A DNA stretch of 64,000 bases from Candidatus Cloacimonadota bacterium. GTDB lineage: Bacteria; Cloacimonadota; Cloacimonadia; G963667145. How positions within the stretch are numbered: position 1 is the first letter of the stretch; every line of letters begins with the position of its first letter. The DNA is taken from positions 992,001 through 1,056,000 of the forward strand of contig OY762940.1 of NCBI GenBank assembly GCA_963667255.1. The letters run 5' to 3'. Both the position numbers and the translations under genes were made by a program. Of the stretch, positions 1 through 9,742 are shown piece by piece. The notes below the pieces were generated by a model that worked only from the letters and a program-made list of their open reading frames with translations, made no database searches and was not told the origin of the DNA.

Positions 1-123
1 CAAAGACAGCCAGGATGTTAGCTTAGAAGCAGCTATCATTTAAAGAGTGCGTAATAGCTCACTGGTTAAGTGGTAATGCACCGAAGATGATCGGGACTGA
101 TAAGTATAATACCGAAATCGCGG

Positions 124-436
124 CCAAGCACCTATTTTTAATTTTGAATTAAGGAGTAGCTATGTATTATGTCTATTTACTGAAAGAAATAAATAGAAAC
201 TTACATTATATTGGTTACACCAAGGATTTAAAACGACGGATTTCTGAGCATTTGAGTGGTAAGAGTGAGTATACAAGTTTTGGTAATTGGAAGCTTGTAT
301 ATTATGAAGCTTATTTATCGGAAAGTGATGCGAGAAAAAGAGAAAGAATGCTGAAACAGAATGGCAATTCTAAAAGACATTTATTAAAGAGAGTTGAAAA
401 TTCTGATAAAGTTTGAAGTTAAAAATAGGTGCTTGG
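124..436 (+). other. Intervening sequence (IVS) in 23S helix 45
   Basis: AT-rich insert between conserved ...ACCGAAATCGCGG and GGTAGGAGAGC. Arms 124-148 (CCAAGCACCTATTTTTAATTTTGAA) and 412-436 (TTTGAAGTTAAAAATAGGTGCTTGG) form a 25-bp stem: 18 contiguous Watson-Crick pairs, extended with G-U pairs. Confidence 0.92.
162..416 (+). CDS. Small GIY-YIG nuclease (YhbQ/SLX1-like), encoded inside the 23S IVS
   Basis: YYVYLL...HYIGYT.DL.RR..EH and EA...E..A..RE..LK motifs; SD AAGGAG at 151-156. Confidence 0.9.
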   Translation: MYYVYLLKEINRNLHYIGYTKDLKRRISEHLSGKSEYTSFGNWKLVYYEAYLSESDARKRERMLKQNGNSKRHLLKRVENSDKV

Positions 437-1132
437 GGTAGGAGAGCATTGTAGTCGGCGTTGAAGGTGTCTTGTAAGAGATGCTGGAGTGGCTACAAGA
501 GAGAATGCTAGCATGAGTAGCGATAATGCGGATGAGAAGTCCGCACACCGAAAACCCAAGGTTTCCTGAGTAAAGAAAATCTGCTCAGGGTTAGTCGGCC
601 CCTAAGGCGAGTCTGGTTTCCAGGGTAGCTGATGGGAATCTGGTTAATATTCCAGAACCTGTTATGGGAAGTGATGGAGTGACGCGGCGTTGCAGTGGAG
701 ACACCGGCTGAAAGTGGTGTTGAATGTGCGTAAGAAGTTCGGTTGGCAAATCCGCCGAGCAATATTCTGAGACACAGGACGAGAGCTTATGCTCGCAAAG
801 TCCACCTATAGTGCTGCCAAGAAATAACTTCTAAGCGTTTATGTCATAACAGACCGTACCCCAAACCGACTCAGGTGGGTGAGGAGAGTATCCTAAGGTG
901 TTCGAGAGAATTCTGGTTAAGGAACTCGGCATATTGACCCCGTAACTTCGGGAGAAGGGGTGCCGGGGGAAGTGATTACCTTCGCGGTATGAGCATGCCC
1001 CCGGCCGCAGTGAAAAGATTCAAGCGACTGTTTATCAAAAACACAGGTCTATGCAAACTTGCAAAAGAAAGTATATAGACTGACACCTGCCCGGTGCCGG
1101 AAGGTTAAGTGAGAGAGTGCAAGCTCTTGAGT

Positions 1133-1229
<97 letters not shown>

Positions 1230-1480
1230 GAATACTGTCTCAACCAGGATCTCGGTGAAATTGTAGTGGCGGTGAAGATGCCGCCTACCCGCGAACGGAC
1301 GGAAAGACCCCGTGAACCTTTACTATAGCTTGACATTGTGATTTGATGAGGTATGTGTAGGATAGGTGGGAGATTTTGAAGCGGTGACGCTAGTCGCCGT
1401 GGAGTCAACCTTGAAATACCACCCTTATGTTGTTGAATCACTAACGCTAGTAGTTACCCTACTAGCAGACATTGTCTGGT

Positions 1481-1513
<33 letters not shown>

Positions 1514-1671
1514 AGTAACGGAGGCTTACAAAGGTTCCCTCAGATTGGTCGGCAATCAATCGAAGAGCATAAAGGTATAAGGGAGCTTAACTGCGAGACT
1601 GACGGGTCGAGCAGATGCGAAAGCAGGTCTTAGTGATCCGGCGGCTCTGTATGGAAGGGCCGTTGCTCAAA

Positions 1672-1704
<33 letters not shown>

Positions 1705-1760
1705 ACCGCCTAAGAGTTCATATCGACGGCGGTGTTTGGCACCTCGATGTCGGCTCAACT

Positions 1761-1791
<31 letters not shown>

Positions 1792-1814
1792 TGGCTGTTC
1801 GCCAATTAAAGAGT

Positions 1815-1861
<47 letters not shown>

Positions 1862-1978
1862 TTCGTGGGAGTAGGAAATTTGAGAGGATTTGCATCTAGT
1901 ACGAGAGGACCGGTGTGAACAAACCTCTGGTGTATCGGTTGTGGCGTCAGCTGCATTGCCGAGTAGCTAAGTTTGGAA

Positions 1979-2020
<42 letters not shown>

Positions 2021-2186
2021 AATAGATTTCCCTATGAGAACCGTTGGAGACTACAACGTTGATAGGTCACAGGTGTAAGAGTAGTAATGCTCTCAGCCGA
2101 GTGATACTAATTGTTCCATTGGCTTATTTTTTTCTTTTTAATATCTCACCAACTTTTTATCATAACGATTTGTTTAAAGCTCTTTG

Positions 2187-2301
<115 letters not shown>

Positions 2302-2304
<3 letters not shown>

Positions 2305-2344
2305 CTAAGAGCTTTTTTATTTGCAATAAAAAAGCTCTTAGTTA
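2302..2344. terminator. rRNA operon terminator-like hairpin
   Basis: Perfect 20-bp inverted repeat TAACTAAGAGCTTTTTTATT-tgc-AATAAAAAAGCTCTTAGTTA directly after 5S. Confidence 0.7.
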
Positions 2345-2663
2345 ATTGATAATTGACCTGTAATTTTGGAATTGGATGTTTTTGGGGAATAAGATTGATT
2401 TTTTTATTAAGCACAATTTTTAAAATCTATAGAGCCCTTTTAATTTTTTCATAAGTATGCAATTCATTACTATTGCAATTGTTAGAGTCTATTTTGTAAT
2501 TAACAGTGATGGCATTTTTAAACTTTTTATTGACAAAAAAAAATCAAAAAAAAAAAATCGGGGAATGGAAAGTTGAAGTCGTGGATAACTTTTCTATAAG
2601 ATTTTTAACAAAACCTTAATAAAAGCATTTAAGGTTAAGAATAGAAAATCGGGGGTCATAATT

Positions 2664-4151
2664 ATGGAGAAAGTAAAACTTCAAGAGAAGTACCAATTGT
2701 TTATTGGTGGAGAATGGAGAGACGCTTCAGATGGAGCGACTTTTAAAACATCTTGTCCGGCAGATGGTAGCTTTTTGGCTGAATGTGCACAAGCAACCAG
2801 AAGTGATGTTGACGATGCTGTAAAAGCTGCTTGGAACGCTTTCCCTGCGTGGAAAGCAACTACAGCTGCCCAAAAAGCTGTAATTCTGAACAAAATAGCT
2901 GATATCATTGATGAGAATAAAGAGTTCTTGGCAATGGTAGAGACTATGGACAACGGTAAGCCAATTCGTGAGACTATGAATGTCGATGTTCCTTTGTCAG
3001 CAGAGCATTTCCGTTATTTTGCTGGATGTATTTTGGCTGAAGAAGGTAGTGCGAGTATGTTGGGGACAGAGACATTGAGCCTTATTCTTAGAGAGCCCAT
3101 TGGTGTTGTTGGACAGATAGTCCCTTGGAATTTCCCGTTTTTGATGGCTGCTTGGAAATTGGCTCCAGTGCTTGCCAGTGGTTGCTGCACTGTTTTCAAA
3201 CCTTCCAGCACTACATCTTTGAGCGTTTTGGAACTTGCTCGTCTTATTCAAGATGTTATTCCTAAGGGCGTGTTCAATGTAGTTACCGGTTCAGGTTCTA
3301 AGGCAGGTCAATTCATTTTGGAACATGAGGGATTCCGCAAACTCGGTTTCACTGGGTCTACAGAAATTGGTAAAGACATAGCCAAAGCTGCTGCTAACCG
3401 TTTGATTCCTGCTACATTGGAGTTGGGTGGAAAGTCTGCTAACATCTATTTTAACGATTGCAATTGGGAAATGGCTATGGACGGTCTTCAATTGGGCATT
3501 TTGTTCAACCAAGGTCAAGTTTGTTGTGCCGGTTCACGCGTTTTTGTGCAAGAGGATATCTATGATAAATTTGTAAAGGATGCTGTGAATAGATTTAACA
3601 AGGTAAATGTGAATTTGCCTTGGAAAGATGACACACAAATGGGTGCTCAAGTTGATGAAAATCAAATGAAAACTATTTTGAGCTATGTTGATATTGCCAA
3701 AAAAGAAGGTGCAACTATTGCTTGCGGTGGCGAAAGGCTCACTACTGGCGAATTGGCTAAGGGTTGCTTTATGAAACCTACTTTGATTACCAATGTTACT
3801 AACGATATGCGTGTTGCTCAAGAGGAGATTTTCGGTCCTGTTGCTGTTATTATCAAGTTTAAGACTGAGGACGAAGTTGTCGCTATGGCTAACGACAGTA
3901 TTTACGGTTTGGGTGGAGCTGTTTGGACACGCGATATTAATCGCGCTATCAGAGTTTCTCGTGCTATCGAGACTGGGCGTATGTGGGTAAATACTTACAA
4001 CTCCATTCCTGAAGGAGCACCATTTGGTGGTTACAAAGAATCTGGTATCGGTAGGGAAACACACAAGGTAATCTTGGAACACTATACTCAAATGAAAAAC
4101 ATTATGATTAACCTTGCAGAAGTACCAAGCGGATTTTATCCTCAAAAGTAA
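2664..4151 (+). CDS. NAD-dependent aldehyde dehydrogenase
   Basis: PWNFP, GFTGSTEIG, LELGGKS, catalytic Cys in GQVCCAG, EEIFGP, FGGYKESGIGRE. Confidence 0.96.
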   Translation: MEKVKLQEKYQLFIGGEWRDASDGATFKTSCPADGSFLAECAQATRSDVDDAVKAAWNAFPAWKATTAAQKAVILNKIADIIDENKEFLAMVETMDNGKPIRETMNVDVPLSAEHFRYFAGCILAEEGSASMLGTETLSLILREPIGVVGQIVPWNFPFLMAAWKLAPVLASGCCTVFKPSSTTSLSVLELARLIQDVIPKGVFNVVTGSGSKAGQFILEHEGFRKLGFTGSTEIGKDIAKAAANRLIPATLELGGKSANIYFNDCNWEMAMDGLQLGILFNQGQVCCAGSRVFVQEDIYDKFVKDAVNRFNKVNVNLPWKDDTQMGAQVDENQMKTILSYVDIAKKEGATIACGGERLTTGELAKGCFMKPTLITNVTNDMRVAQEEIFGPVAVIIKFKTEDEVVAMANDSIYGLGGAVWTRDINRAIRVSRAIETGRMWVNTYNSIPEGAPFGGYKESGIGRETHKVILEHYTQMKNIMINLAEVPSGFYPQK

Positions 4152-4170
4152 TCAGTAGTTAAAAGTTGTG

Positions 4171-4202
4171 AAGTAGCCGTCTGAATAGGCGGCTACTTTT
4201 TT
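4171..4202 (+). terminator. Rho-independent terminator
   Basis: AAGTAGCCGTCT-gaat-AGGCGGCTACTT followed by a T tract. Confidence 0.85.
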
Positions 4203-4286
4203 GTAAGCCCAAAAATTTGTTGACACTCTAAAGAGGCTTTATTGTTCGAGTATAGTTCTGATTAACAAAAAAATTAAGGAAATAAT

Positions 4287-4838
4287 GTGAGTAGTAAAAA
4301 TAAGAGACGAAGAAAAGCTGAGATTAACAATTCTGCGAAGAATAGCTCAACAAATTTTATTGTGAGAAATGGTTTGGCAGGTTTAATTCTAATTGGGCTA
4401 TTAAGTATTGTTCTTATGGTTCCAGGCTATAATTGGATGCTAAATTCTTTAATCAAAGGAAATCTCCAAATTATAAAAGAGTATCCGAATATTTCAATAG
4501 AAGAAAAGTATTCTATGAAATTTAATGTATTTGGGAATTTGATGAATTATATAAAGAGAAGTACTCCTGAGAATGCTATTATTCTTATTCCTGATATTGA
4601 GATTGTTAGACCTTTGATTAATTCTACTAATCAACTTGTTCAATTAGTAAATAAAAGTATAATATTAAATTTCTTATATCCTAGAAAGATAGTTATGGAA
4701 AATCTTAAAGAAGAAGAAAAATATTTTAATAAAATCACGCATGTTCTCATTGTTAATAATTATGGATATCAATATTTGAACTACGAATTTAATGCAAATA
4801 TTCAACTCGGTGTTTTGCCGGTAAATAAGGAGAACTAA
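4287..4838 (+). CDS. Hypothetical membrane-anchored protein
   Basis: SD AAGGA plus GTG start; basic N-terminus, one hydrophobic helix, then a soluble domain. Confidence 0.7.
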   Translation: MSSKNKRRRKAEINNSAKNSSTNFIVRNGLAGLILIGLLSIVLMVPGYNWMLNSLIKGNLQIIKEYPNISIEEKYSMKFNVFGNLMNYIKRSTPENAIILIPDIEIVRPLINSTNQLVQLVNKSIILNFLYPRKIVMENLKEEEKYFNKITHVLIVNNYGYQYLNYEFNANIQLGVLPVNKEN

Positions 4839-4844
4839 TATATT

Positions 4845-6230
4845 ATGGGATTTTTAGGAATACTTTTAATTATTTTGCTTGGGATGAGTGTGCTGAATAA
4901 GTTGGATAACAATTTTAGTTTTTTAGAATTATTCAGTTTTTCTTTTCTTGTCGGAATTGGATTAAAATCTTTAATTTTCTTTATGTTATTTGTAATAGGT
5001 GTCACTCCAAAATTATTTATTTTGCTCTCAATAGACATTGTTTTGATTGTGTTTTTAAATTTTAAGAGTTTAAAAAAGATAAAAGAAATTAATTTTAAAT
5101 ATATTAATTTAAAGAAAAAATTAACAGAATTCAATATAGTATGGGTTATCTGTTTTTTCTGTGTAGCGTATTTGTTATATGGGATTACGAGAAAATCACT
5201 TTATTGGCCTGTCATAGGAGGAGATTCTCTTAGTTCCTTTGATCTGTATGCAAAAGCGATTGCTCATGAACTAACTTTCCTCCCTTCATTATTTTTTGAA
5301 AAAGGAGCTGTTGGTCCTGGATGTGCATATCCTCCTTTGCTATCAATAAGTTTTGCATATGTATATATGTTAGGATTTGCAACACCAAAAATTATTTCTG
5401 TTTGTTTTTATATATCGCTAGCATTTGGATTTTATTCTTTAGTTAAGAAATTGGTTAATCCTACGGCGAGTATTTTTTTTACTTTGTTTGTTATCGCTAC
5501 ACCGGAAATGATAGCACAAAGTGCTATTGCAACAACTAATGTTCCACAAGCTATTTTGGCTTCCTTAGGATTTATTTCTTTTTTTATTTGGTTAGAACTA
5601 AGAGAGAGAAAATATTTTATTTTGTCGATTTTATTGCTCGCTTTTAATGGATTTACACGAAGTGAAGGGATAGTTTATATTTTTCCATGTATTGTAATAA
5701 TTAGTTATTTCTCGTTGTGGAAACGAAATGTAAATATTCGATTGTTTCTTATTTTTACAATTGGCATTTTATTACCTTTTGTTTTTTGGCAGTTATTTAT
5801 TAAATTTAATATGGAAATTTTTAAAAATATTCTGCAAGTTGATGGATTTTCATTGAGTCTTGTTTTAGATAAAGTTAAATTATATAAGATTTATTTTTAT
5901 GCAAAATCTAATCTTGCTTATAGTGGCTATTATGGAATTACTTCGTTTACTCTCTTGGTTGCTATTATAATTAATATAAAAAATCTTTTAAAGAAAGAGA
6001 AAAAAGAATTACTATTTTTGGGAGCATTATTTTTGGCTTTTTTTTCGTATCTTATGTTGATTTATCTTATGAATATAAAATATGATTCTGTCGATAATAT
6101 TATGAGACATTCTGCCAAAAGATTTTTCTTTGGTTATATTATTTTGATGTGGTATTATATTTCAACCAATCATATTACTACAATGTTATTTAAAAAAGTA
6201 GAAAAATTCTTAACTTTTTCTAATAAATGA
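4845..6230 (+). CDS. Polytopic membrane protein, probable GT-C (ArnT/PMT-like) glycosyltransferase
   Basis: About 12 hydrophobic segments; WP..GGDS...F, YPPL and TRSEG motifs resemble GT-C enzymes; next to a GT2 gene. Confidence 0.6.
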   Translation: MGFLGILLIILLGMSVLNKLDNNFSFLELFSFSFLVGIGLKSLIFFMLFVIGVTPKLFILLSIDIVLIVFLNFKSLKKIKEINFKYINLKKKLTEFNIVWVICFFCVAYLLYGITRKSLYWPVIGGDSLSSFDLYAKAIAHELTFLPSLFFEKGAVGPGCAYPPLLSISFAYVYMLGFATPKIISVCFYISLAFGFYSLVKKLVNPTASIFFTLFVIATPEMIAQSAIATTNVPQAILASLGFISFFIWLELRERKYFILSILLLAFNGFTRSEGIVYIFPCIVIISYFSLWKRNVNIRLFLIFTIGILLPFVFWQLFIKFNMEIFKNILQVDGFSLSLVLDKVKLYKIYFYAKSNLAYSGYYGITSFTLLVAIIINIKNLLKKEKKELLFLGALFLAFFSYLMLIYLMNIKYDSVDNIMRHSAKRFFFGYIILMWYYISTNHITTMLFKKVEKFLTFSNK

Positions 6231-6235
6231 TTTTT

Positions 6236-6963
6236 GGTTAAAGACAACTTGACAAGTGAATTAAACTAGTTAAGTTGTTGAAATGCCAATAAGAAACAAG
6301 GATGTAAAAAATGCAAAAATTTCTGAAGCCAAATTTAGAGAAATCATTAAGATTTTTTTTAGATATTGAAGCCAGTAAAATAGCAATTTTGGCCAAAATT
6401 AGCAGGAAAACTATAAACAATTATTTGTTTAGGATAAGGGAAGGAATAGCTAAGTTTTGCTGTGAAAATTTTCATCTTTCTATTATAATCGAAGTTGATG
6501 AATCTTATTTTGTGGTAAGGCGAGTCAAAGAGAAACGAGGTCGAGGTGTGGGAGGGAAAACAAAAGTTTTTGGCTTGTAAAAGAGATGCAAAGTTTATAC
6601 TCAACTGATTGATAATTGTATCAAAAAGACACTACAAGCAATTATAAAGGTAAGGATAGAAAAGAGCAGTGAAATTCATTCTAATGGCTGGAAAGCTTAT
6701 AATGGATTGGTTGATTTAGGATACCAAAAACGCTAATATTTGACTATTCTAACAATGAATTTGCTAATAAAAATGGACACATAAATGGGATTGAGAACTT
6801 TTGGGGAATAGCTAAATTGAGACTGACAAAATTTAAAGGAATTCATAAAAATATGTTTTATTTGCACTTAAATGAATGTGAATTTAGATTCAATCACAGA
6901 CAAAATTCACATAAAGATTTGTTAGAAATGTTCCGGAAAAGTCCGCTTAATTTGTCTTGAACC
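6236..6963 (+). mobile_element. Degenerate IS1595-family element with transposase pseudogene
   Basis: TIRs GGTTAAAGACAACTT and (reverse complement) GGTTCAAGACAAATT. Flanks TGATTTTT (6228-6235) and TAATTTTT (6964-6971) are an 8-bp TSD with 1 mismatch. EVDESYF, KRGRG and HINGIENFWG motifs are broken by stops and frameshifts. Confidence 0.88.
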
Positions 6964-6981
6964 TAATTTTTATTTCATGTA

Positions 6982-7674
6982 ATGAAAGGTCTCATTATTA
7001 TTCCCGCTTTTAATGAAGCATTGAACATTGAAAGAGTAATTAATTCTATTTTTCAATTGAGTTTGAATGTTGATATATTGGTAGTTGATGATGGTTCTGC
7101 AGATGATACTATACAGATTGCTTTGGCGACCAATAAGGCAACGGTTTTGTCTTTACCATTTAATTTGGGAATAGGTGGTTGTGTCCAGACTGGATTTAAA
7201 TATGCTATAATTAACAATTACGATTTTGCTATCCAATGTGATGGAGACGGACAACATTTGGCTTCGGATTTAGTTGCTCTAATTAAAGAATTTTCAAGTG
7301 AAGATTTACTCATTGGTTCGAGATTTTTATCTAAAAAGCAAACAGGGTTTAAGTCCTCCTTTTTTAGAAGAATGGGAATTATTTGGTTCAGATTTTTGTT
7401 TTTCATTTTTTATGGAGTAAGAGTAACAGATGCTACTTCAGGCCTTAGAATTTATGGACAAAAAGCTTTAAAATTTCTATCAAAAAATTATTCTGATGAT
7501 TATCCAGAGCCGGAAGCTATTGCATATTTGTTGAAAAATAATATAGTTCCAAAAGAAATATCTGTTGAAATGCAAGCAAGACAAGAAGGGGAAAGTTCGA
7601 TTACATTTTTTAAATCTATTTATTACATGATAAAAGTTAGTGTTGCCATCATGATATGGAAGATTAGGAGGTGA
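6982..7674 (+). CDS. Glycosyltransferase family 2 (polyprenol-phosphate sugar synthase-like)
   Basis: IIIPAFNE, VVDDGSAD, NLGIGG, DGDGQH, DATSG motifs. Confidence 0.92.
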   Translation: MKGLIIIPAFNEALNIERVINSIFQLSLNVDILVVDDGSADDTIQIALATNKATVLSLPFNLGIGGCVQTGFKYAIINNYDFAIQCDGDGQHLASDLVALIKEFSSEDLLIGSRFLSKKQTGFKSSFFRRMGIIWFRFLFFIFYGVRVTDATSGLRIYGQKALKFLSKNYSDDYPEPEAIAYLLKNNIVPKEISVEMQARQEGESSITFFKSIYYMIKVSVAIMIWKIRR

Positions 7675-7675
7675 T

Positions 7676-8044
7676 TTGTTTTCGTCATTCATTATGAATA
7701 GAGTTCAAGTTGTCGCAATTTTAGGGTCTATTTTTTTACTGCTTTTAGTTGTGGAGCTTATTCGCAAACAGCAACTAAAAGAAAAGTATGCTCTTGTTTG
7801 GTTATTCATTTGCATTTTTTTTATTATTGTGGCTTCTATGCGAACTCTTATTCAATTTATAGCTGATTTACTGGGAATTTATTATGCACCTTCTGCTTTT
7901 TTGTTGTTGTTAATTATGGGAATTTTTTTAATTTTGTTGCAGTTTACTATTATCTTGTCCAAAATGAAAGAAAGAATCAAAATTTTAGCTCAAGAAGTTG
8001 CAATGCTAAATCTTGTAACAAAGACCAATAAGAAAAATGAATAA
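7676..8044 (+). CDS. DUF2304-like small membrane protein
   Basis: Three TM helices, LKEKYALVW, LGIYYAPS, and a C-terminal coiled coil with LAQEVA; usual partner of this GT2 type. Alternative ATG at 7694. Confidence 0.8.
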   Translation: MFSSFIMNRVQVVAILGSIFLLLLVVELIRKQQLKEKYALVWLFICIFFIIVASMRTLIQFIADLLGIYYAPSAFLLLLIMGIFLILLQFTIILSKMKERIKILAQEVAMLNLVTKTNKKNE

Positions 8045-8157
8045 ACTTGTTATTTTTGATTTTGATAATACCATAACTACAAGAGACACTTTTTTAGATT
8101 TTTTATTTTATAGTTATGGATTTTGTAAATTTGCATGGTTTATTTTTAGATTATTTC

Positions 8158-9268
8158 GGGAGCGTGCATTTAATTGGGTCTAATTTCCACTCCTTTTGAA
8201 TAATTATTGAACCAAATTTTCAAAAAATGATTCATATTTTTTTCAGATTTAAATCCGTCTAAATTTTTTAATTTCCTATTCAATTGTCGATTAATATTTT
8301 CAATTTTATTTGTTGTTTTATCCAAAAAATCGTAATGAAAATGAGCAGTTAATAAACCAAAGTTTCGATTAATTGATTTAATAAAACGCTTATGAATTTT
8401 TAGGCGAAAAAATTTTTCATAGTGATTAAGCGAACTTAAATTATTTTCAGCTTCTTGTAAAGTTTCAGCATTTAAAATGCTCTTAATCAAGTTCTTAAAG
8501 AAAATATTTCGTCTAAAAAACTTACTCTTTTTTGTTTTAGGAACATTGATATTAACGCTTCTTAAATAATGAACCAAGCAAATTTGATGTGGAACATCTT
8601 CAAAAAGTTGGTTAACTGGCTTAACAAAGCACTTCCCTCGCCCAAAATCTGACACAATCCCAATTATTTTGTTGTCATACATTTTTTTTAGTCTATTCAA
8701 AAAGTCTTCAGATGAACTACTATGTTCTCTATCATAAATCTTGTAATATATTGGTTTATCAAGTAGTTTGCTACTGGCGACTAAGACAACTTTTCGCTTA
8801 CCGTTTATCTTAATTTCCTTGCCATCAATATAAATTGTTGTCTCATCTATATTGCTGTGTAACACATTATCCTGATATAAATTAGCTCGCTGAGGTATCC
8901 AATTAAGAGTACTATTTTTACAAATCCCATGTCTTTTAGCAACTTCAGAAAGAGAACTTTTGGTTGAAATATAGTCAGTAACAACCTTATCTTTGAATTT
9001 TGGTGCAAAATGAGTTCTCTTATTATATCCAAAATTGGTAAAACTTATTTGGCAATCTTTACAATAAAATCGTTGAGTTTTGACTTTAATTTTCCCACGA
9101 TTAGTTGTTCTTTCAGAGAAAATATATCCCTTCTTTTTTGTGTTTAAGCTATCACAATTTGGACAGCGTTTTTTTTGATTATACTCATGGCATTTTAATA
9201 AATGTTCATAACTTATTCTGTCAAACATAATTAGGTCTTATTTCAGACCCAGTTATTTGCACACTCCC
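8158..9268 (-). mobile_element. IS256/Mutator-like insertion sequence, copy 1 (1111 bp)
   Basis: Imperfect TIRs GGGAGTGTGCAAATAACTGGGTCT / GGGAGCGTGCATTTAATTGGGTCT; perfect 8-bp TSD ATTATTTC at 8150-8157 and 9269-9276. Confidence 0.95.
8170..9228 (-). CDS. DDE transposase (IS256/Mutator-like) with N-terminal Zn ribbon and HTH
   Basis: CPNC...CKDC, an HTH, YIDG, VSDFG, QICLVH (CxxH) and TTNKIENIN. Confidence 0.92.
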   Translation of the reverse strand: MFDRISYEHLLKCHEYNQKKRCPNCDSLNTKKKGYIFSERTTNRGKIKVKTQRFYCKDCQISFTNFGYNKRTHFAPKFKDKVVTDYISTKSSLSEVAKRHGICKNSTLNWIPQRANLYQDNVLHSNIDETTIYIDGKEIKINGKRKVVLVASSKLLDKPIYYKIYDREHSSSSEDFLNRLKKMYDNKIIGIVSDFGRGKCFVKPVNQLFEDVPHQICLVHYLRSVNINVPKTKKSKFFRRNIFFKNLIKSILNAETLQEAENNLSSLNHYEKFFRLKIHKRFIKSINRNFGLLTAHFHYDFLDKTTNKIENINRQLNRKLKNLDGFKSEKNMNHFLKIWFNNYSKGVEIRPN

Positions 9269-9742
9269 ATTATTTCCTTTTTTTATTCTATCTTTTCTTA
9301 AACTTATTACTAATAAGAATATTAAATCTAAAATATGGTCTGCATTTACGAAAAATCTATCATGGGGAAAATATTTAAAAATATCAGAAAATTATGCTCA
9401 AGAAAGGTTACCTAATTGTATAAACAGAAGGGCATTGTCGTGCTTGAAATCGCATATCAAAAATGGCGATAAAGTTGTTATTATTTCAGCTTCTTTTTCT
9501 GAATGGATAACACCTTGGGCAGATAAGCAAGGTGTTGAAAAAGTTATTTCTTCCAAGATGGAAATAAAAAATGGCAAAATAACTGGGGAAATTTTACACA
9601 ATTGTTATGGGGAAATTAAGGTTGACGATTTATTGAAATATTATCCAAAAGTCAAAGAAAATTATACAATTGCTTATGGAGACAGTAAAGGAGATTTGCC
9701 TTTGTTGAATTTTGTAGATGAAGGATATTTTAGGAAATTTTG

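Noticed and set aside
124..436. Group I intron with a homing endonuclease
   Set aside because: The insert is essentially stem, SD and ORF, with no space for a P3-P9 catalytic core; the site is a classic RNase III IVS position.
1297..1311. Macrolide-resistance change in the 23S A2058/A2059 region
   Set aside because: GGACGGAAAGACCCC is the wild-type sequence.
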